A DNA stretch of 64,000 bases from Octopus bimaculoides (lineage: Eukaryota). Location of the stretch: the NCBI RefSeq assembly GCF_001194135.2, contig NC_068998.1, positions 1,426,716 to 1,490,715 of the forward strand, in the 5' to 3' direction. The notes under the pieces are model-generated. The model was not told where the DNA came from. It ran no database searches and worked only from the letters and a program-made list of their open reading frames with translations. The position numbers and the translations under genes were made by a program. Positions 57,876 through 64,000 of the stretch are shown piece by piece. Numbering within the stretch: the stretch's first letter is position 1; each line of letters opens with the position of its first letter.

Positions 57876-59084
57876 AAAACGCACGCAGACACATACACGC
57901 CTACACATATTTCGTACTTGTTGACAAGTTCGCGCGCGCATACATACACACACACACATACAACTGCACACACATACACATTCTCTCTGAGAACAACGTT
58001 ACACATAATACACTCACGTATAAGCATGCCCCCCCACACACACACATACACATACAAATACACATTACAAATACTCACACTCACTATACATAGTGTATAC
58101 ACGCTCCAACACATCACCGACACACATGCATACACATAATATTCTCTCTTCATAAACAGACACACACACACATAGATGCGTAATACGCAAACGCACACAC
58201 GGATATACGCATACATCCATGCACACACATATACACTCGTAAACATACAAACGCACATTCGCACATTCACATACACACACACACACGCATACTCAGACAC
58301 ATACATAAACATACACAGCATGCTATGGTGCTACTGGAGGTGGTGGTGGTAGCGGAGAGCTCGGTTCACATCAAAAGCTCCATTGACAAACCAATTTTGA
58401 TAAGGGTTCCTGTTTAACTTTTAAACTAATAAACACTTTTGCAGAAGCCCCACAAGTTGAATAAATTGTCGAAGGTATTGATGCCTTCCTCCTACATCTT
58501 CTTCCCTCTATTTTTCTCCTCCTCTCACCATTTCCCCTCCCCCTCTCTTTCTCTCTTTCATCTAATCATCTCCATTGAAAACATCCAATGGTTGTGTTAT
58601 TATTCTCCACACCACCCCGGCTCTTCACATCACTTCCCATCCACATTGCTTTCTTTTTCCTTCAATTGGTCCTGGGGAGAAATTGGATGAGGGTTAAGGT
58701 GGTGGTGCTGGTGCTGGTGCTGGTACTGGTGTTGGTGGTGTTGGTGGTGGTGGTGCTGGTGCTGGTACTGGTGTTGGTGGTGATGATGATAATGATGACG
58801 ATGGTTGTGATGACGATGGTGATGGTGGTGATTATGACGACGCCGACGTCAAATTTTGAAGCCGTTCTCTACTTTTTTGTTTGAATAGCAGAACAAATAA
58901 AAAAATAACAAACGAACATGAATTGTCACATACACACATTCACACACACAAACACACACACATATGCACAAAGTGCGCGCGCGCGCGTGTGTGTATTCTT
59001 CCTTCCTTGGATCTGTAATTCCTGATGGCTTCACAAGCGCCGTCGTTATCAGATACGGAATGTCTTCAGTTCTTCTCATTACCA

Positions 59085-59320
59085 ATATTAGAAATCATTT
59101 GAGTTCAAATTCCGCCGAGGAATCCTTTCGGGGCCGATAAATTAAGTACCTCCCCCAAAATTTCAGGCCTTGTGCCAAGGAAAGAATATTAGAAATCATT
59201 TGAGTTGGCAGAATCATTAGAACGCCGGAAAAATGTTTGCTTTGCATTATGAGTTCAAATCCTACCGTGGTTAAAAATTGCTTTCCATCCTTTCAGGATC
59301 GATAAAATAAAGTACCAATC
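59085..59320 (+). mobile_element. Two rearranged partial SINE-C copies with a 22-bp direct repeat
   Basis: aatattagaaatcatttgagtt occurs twice (~59085 and ~59186); the gagttcaaat...cctttc.gg..cgataaa.taa.gtacc core occurs twice. Confidence 0.65.
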
Positions 59321-59585
59321 AAATATCTCGTGGTTTTCAACGTGTTTTAGCATCCAGTCATTAGATGTTTCAAGATCTAATGATATTTCGATTGTGATGC
59401 TTTTGTAAGAGACCTCAAATTGCATCAAGCCGCGACCTCCTTGAGCTCTGGGTAGGTAAAGACGATCTGCATCTGCCTTTGGGTGGTGCATCTTATTGCA
59501 AGTCAGCAGCTTACGGCTTTTCCTGTGAATCTTCTTGCAGTTCCAAGCAATGCTGAATTTTGTACGTGTTCTATCTTTACATATT
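59321..59585 (-). mobile_element. RLE-type (R4/Dong-like) LINE fragment, chimeric, flanked by 10-bp direct repeats
   Basis: KIHRKSRKLLTCNKMHHPKADADRLYLPRAQGGRGLMQ... preceded in another frame by VKIEHVQNSALLGTAR; AGTACCAATC at 59311-59320 and 59586-59595. Confidence 0.8.
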
Positions 59586-59754
59586 AGTACCAATCTTTTT
59601 CAGCCATGTTGGTCGTCGAGCGCTGATACTTCCAAATGCACCAATTTCTATTGGTACCACGTGTACTCTCTTCATTGACCAAAACCTTCGTATTTCCCAC
59701 TTCAAATCGTCATAGTTGTTTATCTTTTCTTCTTCATTCACATTATTATTGTTA

Positions 59755-59819
<65 letters not shown>

Positions 59820-61235
59820 GTAATGTTACATCATAAACGGCGCGGGCTCTCCCAACAAAAACCGCCGCCACAACCACTATCGCCAATCATCAGTACAATC
59901 GCAACCATCATGATGTTATTGTTGATGATGATGACGACAAAACAATAATAACACCAACAACAACAACGACCAACATTACGCAATCGTGCTATTCATATAC
60001 GAGTGAAGACAAGAAGCAACAAATTGCAAAAAGAACAAGAAGAAAAAATAAAGCAACATCGACTTCAACAGCAGCAACAACAGTATTTGAATAAGATTTG
60101 AGGGAAAAAACAGGAAATTCGTTCAAGATACAACTTTGGTAAAATTACTTGCATCCACGTGTATATAGATATACATACATACGCAGATACATACACATAT
60201 GTATTGTATACAAACATACATACATACATGCATACATGTATGTATGTGTGTGCCTGATTATGTATATATATTATATATATCATATGTATATATATATGTA
60301 GGTGTATATATATATATATATATGTATGTGTGTAAGTGTATATATATATATANNNNNNNNNNNNNNNNNNNNNNNNNNNNNNNNNNNNNNNNNNNNNNNN
60401 NNNNNNNNNNNNNNNNNNNNNNNNNNNNNNNNNNNNNNNNNNNNNNNNNNNNNNNNNNNNNNNNNNNNNNNNNNNNNNNNNNNNNNNNNNNNNNNNNNNN
60501 NNNNNNNNNNNNNNNNNNNNNNNNNNNNNNNNNNNNNNNNNNNNNNNNNNNNNNNNNNNNNNNNNNNNNNNNNNNNNNNNNNNNNNNNNNNNNNNNNNNN
60601 NNNNNNNNNNNNNNNNNNNNNNNNNNNNNNNNNNNNNNNNNNNNNNNNNNNNNNNNNNNNNNNNNNNNNNNNNNNNNNNNNNNNNNNNNNNNNNNNNNNN
60701 NNNNNNNNNNNNNNNNNNNNNNNNNNNNNNNNNNNNNNNNNNNNNNNNNNNNNNNNNNNNNNNNNNNNNNNNNNNNNNNNNNNNNNNNNNNNNNNNNNNN
60801 NNNNNNNNNNNNNNNNNNNNNNNNNNNNNNNNNNNNNNNNNNNNNNNNNNNNNNNNNNNNNNNNNNNNNNNNNNNNNNNNNNNNNNNNNNNNNNNNNNNN
60901 NNNNNNNNNNNNNNNNNNNNNNNNNNNNNNNNNNNNNNNNNNNNNNNNNNNNNNNNNNNNNNNNNNNNNNNNNNNNNNNNNNNNNNNNNNNNNNNNNNNN
61001 NNNNNNNNNNNNNNNNNNNNNNNNNNNTATATATATATATATATATATGTGTATATATATATATGAAAATAGAAGTTAGTGTTTATTAACTGTTGTACGT
61101 AGCTGTCAAAAACGAATGGTGTTTGTATGTGTCTTTGTGTCTTTGTATGTGTGTAAGTGTGTATTGAAGTATGTAGGCCAAGTAAGTAGGTATGTACATG
61201 TCTACACATTTGATGTACGAGTGAGTGCGTATGTT

Positions 61236-61269
<34 letters not shown>

Positions 61270-61644
61270 TGCACGTTCATACATGTATGGTCATATCTAT
61301 TTCTGTTTTGTAATTGTATTTCCACGTCACGTAACAAATCTATTAAATTATGGATGAAGTGTATTTTGTGGCGGAATACTTTGAAAAATTCATTTACCTG
61401 ATGTGGTAGATAGGATGGTAAGTCACACCTCTAAACACACACACACACACACACATACACACACACACACACTCGCGCAAACACAGGCATATACAGTCAC
61501 AGGAATACACACACTCTTATACACGTATACACACATTCAGACATCGATACATACACACACATACGTTCATGCATACATACATACACACTTACACACACAC
61601 GCAGACACACACACACACACACACACACATACATATACATACAA

Positions 61645-61810
61645 AGCTGGTGTGTCTGTGTAATAAGAGGTTTGCTTTCCAACCACATTGTTCCGGGTTC
61701 AATCCCGTAGCGTGACACATTGGGCAAACCTTTTCCACTATAGTCTCGAGGTGACCAAAGCCTTATGAATGGATTTGGCACGCGGAAACTGAAAGAAGCC
61801 CGTCGTATAC
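61645..61810 (+). mobile_element. SINE family A, 5' half, abutting a LINE fragment
   Basis: ccgggttcaatccc ... ggaaactgaaagaagcccgtcgtata. Confidence 0.75.
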
Positions 61811-62299
61811 ATAGTTGCGGAAATTAGCTGCCCAGCGGATCTTAACATAAAGCTGGAGATCAGTGAAAAAGAGAAGGCCTATGCTGAACTATTGAGAAAT
61901 CTGCAGTTACTGCATCCAGATTACAAGTCCAGGTTTGTACCTGTAATTATTGGGGCCCTGGGATATGTAACACAGTGCCTAAATACTAATCTTGAAATAT
62001 TAGGCTTCTCAAAACCAGAAAGAAAGCTAATTCGAAGACTAAAGATCCAATCCATCACAAGAACTGTAAAAATCTGTAAAACTTTCCAGAAGTTTATCAT
62101 TTAAATATACATATGAGCATGTCTAGATATGCAGCTATATGCATGAGAATACATAGATAAAACATGCAAATCTGCACATATACATACATACATACATACA
62201 TACAAAAATATTCTGTTGTTGATGTTGAAATTCCAACGAAGGCGCCTTGGGTCTAGATTAGAAACCCGGTTCTTTCTCTATTGGCAAGAAATCTTGAAA
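61811..62299 (+). mobile_element. 5'-truncated RLE-type LINE: endonuclease C-terminus (stop at 62104) plus probable 3' UTR
   Basis: Open frame IVAEISCPADLNIKLEISEKEKAYAELLRNLQLLHPDYKSRFVPVIIGALG...KICKTFQKFII*; E.SCP..K..EK..Y and VPV.IGALG are RLE-domain hallmarks. Confidence 0.75.
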
Positions 62300-62419
62300 N
62301 NNNNNNNNNNNNNNNNNNNNNNNNNNNNNNNNNNNNNNNNNNNNNNNNNNNNNNNNNNNNNNNNNNNNNNNNNNNNNNNNNNNNNNNNNNNNNNNNNNNN
62401 NNNNNNNNNNNNNNNNNNN

Positions 62420-62609
<190 letters not shown>

Positions 62610-62757
62610 GCTGTGAGATGAATGAAGAACTTTTATTGTAAATAGGGCGTCGGGTTGTGGTATTAATAATTGAGGTTGAGGAAATTGGAACTGGAGGGGC
62701 GAGTGGGTGAGGGTAGTGTATACACATACGTAAGCAAGATATACACACGTACATACA

Positions 62758-62793
<36 letters not shown>

Positions 62794-62956
62794 GAGAGAG
62801 ATTGATGTAATAACACACATAATTCCTTTTCATGACGTATCAGAGATTTGTTTTCCGTTTCATTTCTTTACTTGACAGATAGGTTGTAGCCCCGGGTAAT
62901 CTATAATTATATATAATTATTCGTTGAGCACTTTTGAACTTATCGAGTCTCAATCA

Positions 62957-62998
<42 letters not shown>

Positions 62999-63574
62999 CG
63001 CATCACATCATATATATATACAATGTGAGTGCGTCTGTATGTGTATATATAATGTACATATATGTGTGTATATACGAATACAGTGTGTCTGCGTGTGTGT
63101 ACATGTACGTATGTATGTGTGTTTGTGTATGTAAATGTACCCTTATAAAGAGTGTATACCTACCTACCTACCTACCTACCTACCTACCTACCTACCTACC
63201 TACCTACCTACATACATACATACATACATACATACATACATGAATACGCAAGTAAATGCCTAAGCGATAATCTGGATAAACCAGGGCTTTTAGAAAAGGA
63301 ATTCAACAAGCTAACTTGAACACCACAAATGCAATTTGTAAGTGGTACAGTAAAGATGTGCAAGACTTGTCAAGTTTAAGATTTGACATTGTTTTTGTCA
63401 TCTACAATCCAACGACGGAGCTTAGTATCTTCATTAGAAACTAGTTTCTTCTTCAAAGGAAGAATTTAAATAAATAAAAACAAAATTAAACATACACATG
63501 TATAGAATGCAGGTCATTGTAGTACCTACACGCTACTATTTAGATTCTACCCAGCTGGAGCACCTAATTTTATC

Positions 63575-63660
63575 GAAGAAGAAGAAGAAGAAGAAGAAGA
63601 AGAAGAAGAAGAAGAAGAAGAAGAAGAAGAAGAAGAAGAAGAAGAAGAAGAAGAAGAAGA
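63575..63660. repeat. (GAA)n tract, ~28 units
   Basis: Directly visible. Confidence 0.95.
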
Positions 63661-63666
63661 ATGGAA

Positions 63667-63697
<31 letters not shown>

Positions 63698-64000
63698 AAG
63701 AGAACTAGTGAAAAGAAGAGATTTGAGCTTAAAAGATGGGGAGAGAAAAACGTTGAGTTATTAAGAACTGTCGAAACGGATAGAATTGTTAGGGGTTAGA
63801 TTAAAGGGAGATTAAAGTAGAAAAGTAGAAAATAAAGGTTGGGGGATTAAAGAAGAAAATAATGGGGTGAGATTAAAGTGGAAAATTAAGGTGAGGAGAT
63901 TAAAGACGGTCGAATAATAGGATAAAATTGAATGAAGAACAATCTAGACATGAATAATAAAATTAAATTGAAACAAAAGCAGACGACAATTTCTCTCCCC

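Larger units (their letters stand above)
1434..62419. other. Assembly gaps (N): 1434-1607, 2655-2754, 12835-13057, 21918-22698, 39163-39229, 41935-42678, 47859-48351, 55853-56195, 57032-57841, 60353-61027, 62300-62419
   Basis: Runs of N, mostly flanked by (TA)n/(CA)n, typical of a short-read assembly. Confidence 0.98.

Overview
Eukaryotic, AT-rich, microsatellite-dense DNA with 11 assembly gaps. The SINE families and repeat landscape look like an octopus (coleoid cephalopod) draft assembly; this is an inference. The main feature is one intact, spliced insulin-degrading enzyme gene (IDE/insulysin, peptidase M16A) on the + strand, CDS 19263-41758. 27 coding exons were read by hand with GT-AG boundaries and consistent phases (2820 nt), and one more ~123-nt exon is inferred inside the N-gap at 21918-22698. 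The protein keeps HFCEH, the third zinc ligand Glu and a C-terminal SKL. Upstream are an intact tRNA-Phe(GAA) and tRNA-Asn(GTT), divergently oriented, plus a truncated tRNA-Phe copy. The rest is repeats: four tRNA-/RTE-type SINE families, a MITE, two mariner fragments, R4/Dong-type, RTE and Penelope-like retroelement fragments, and simple repeats. Almost all ORFs in the supplied track are microsatellite or N artefacts. No rRNA or CRISPR. Best leads: a remodelled IDE exosite; a ~180-nt SINE fold-back with A-C mismatches in the probable IDE 3' UTR (candidate ADAR substrate); four degenerate hammerhead-like motifs; and a non-collinear LINE fragment flanked by a 10-bp direct repeat. Human IDE residue numbers and exon sizes used for comparison are recalled from memory and should be verified. 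Repeat coordinates are approximate.
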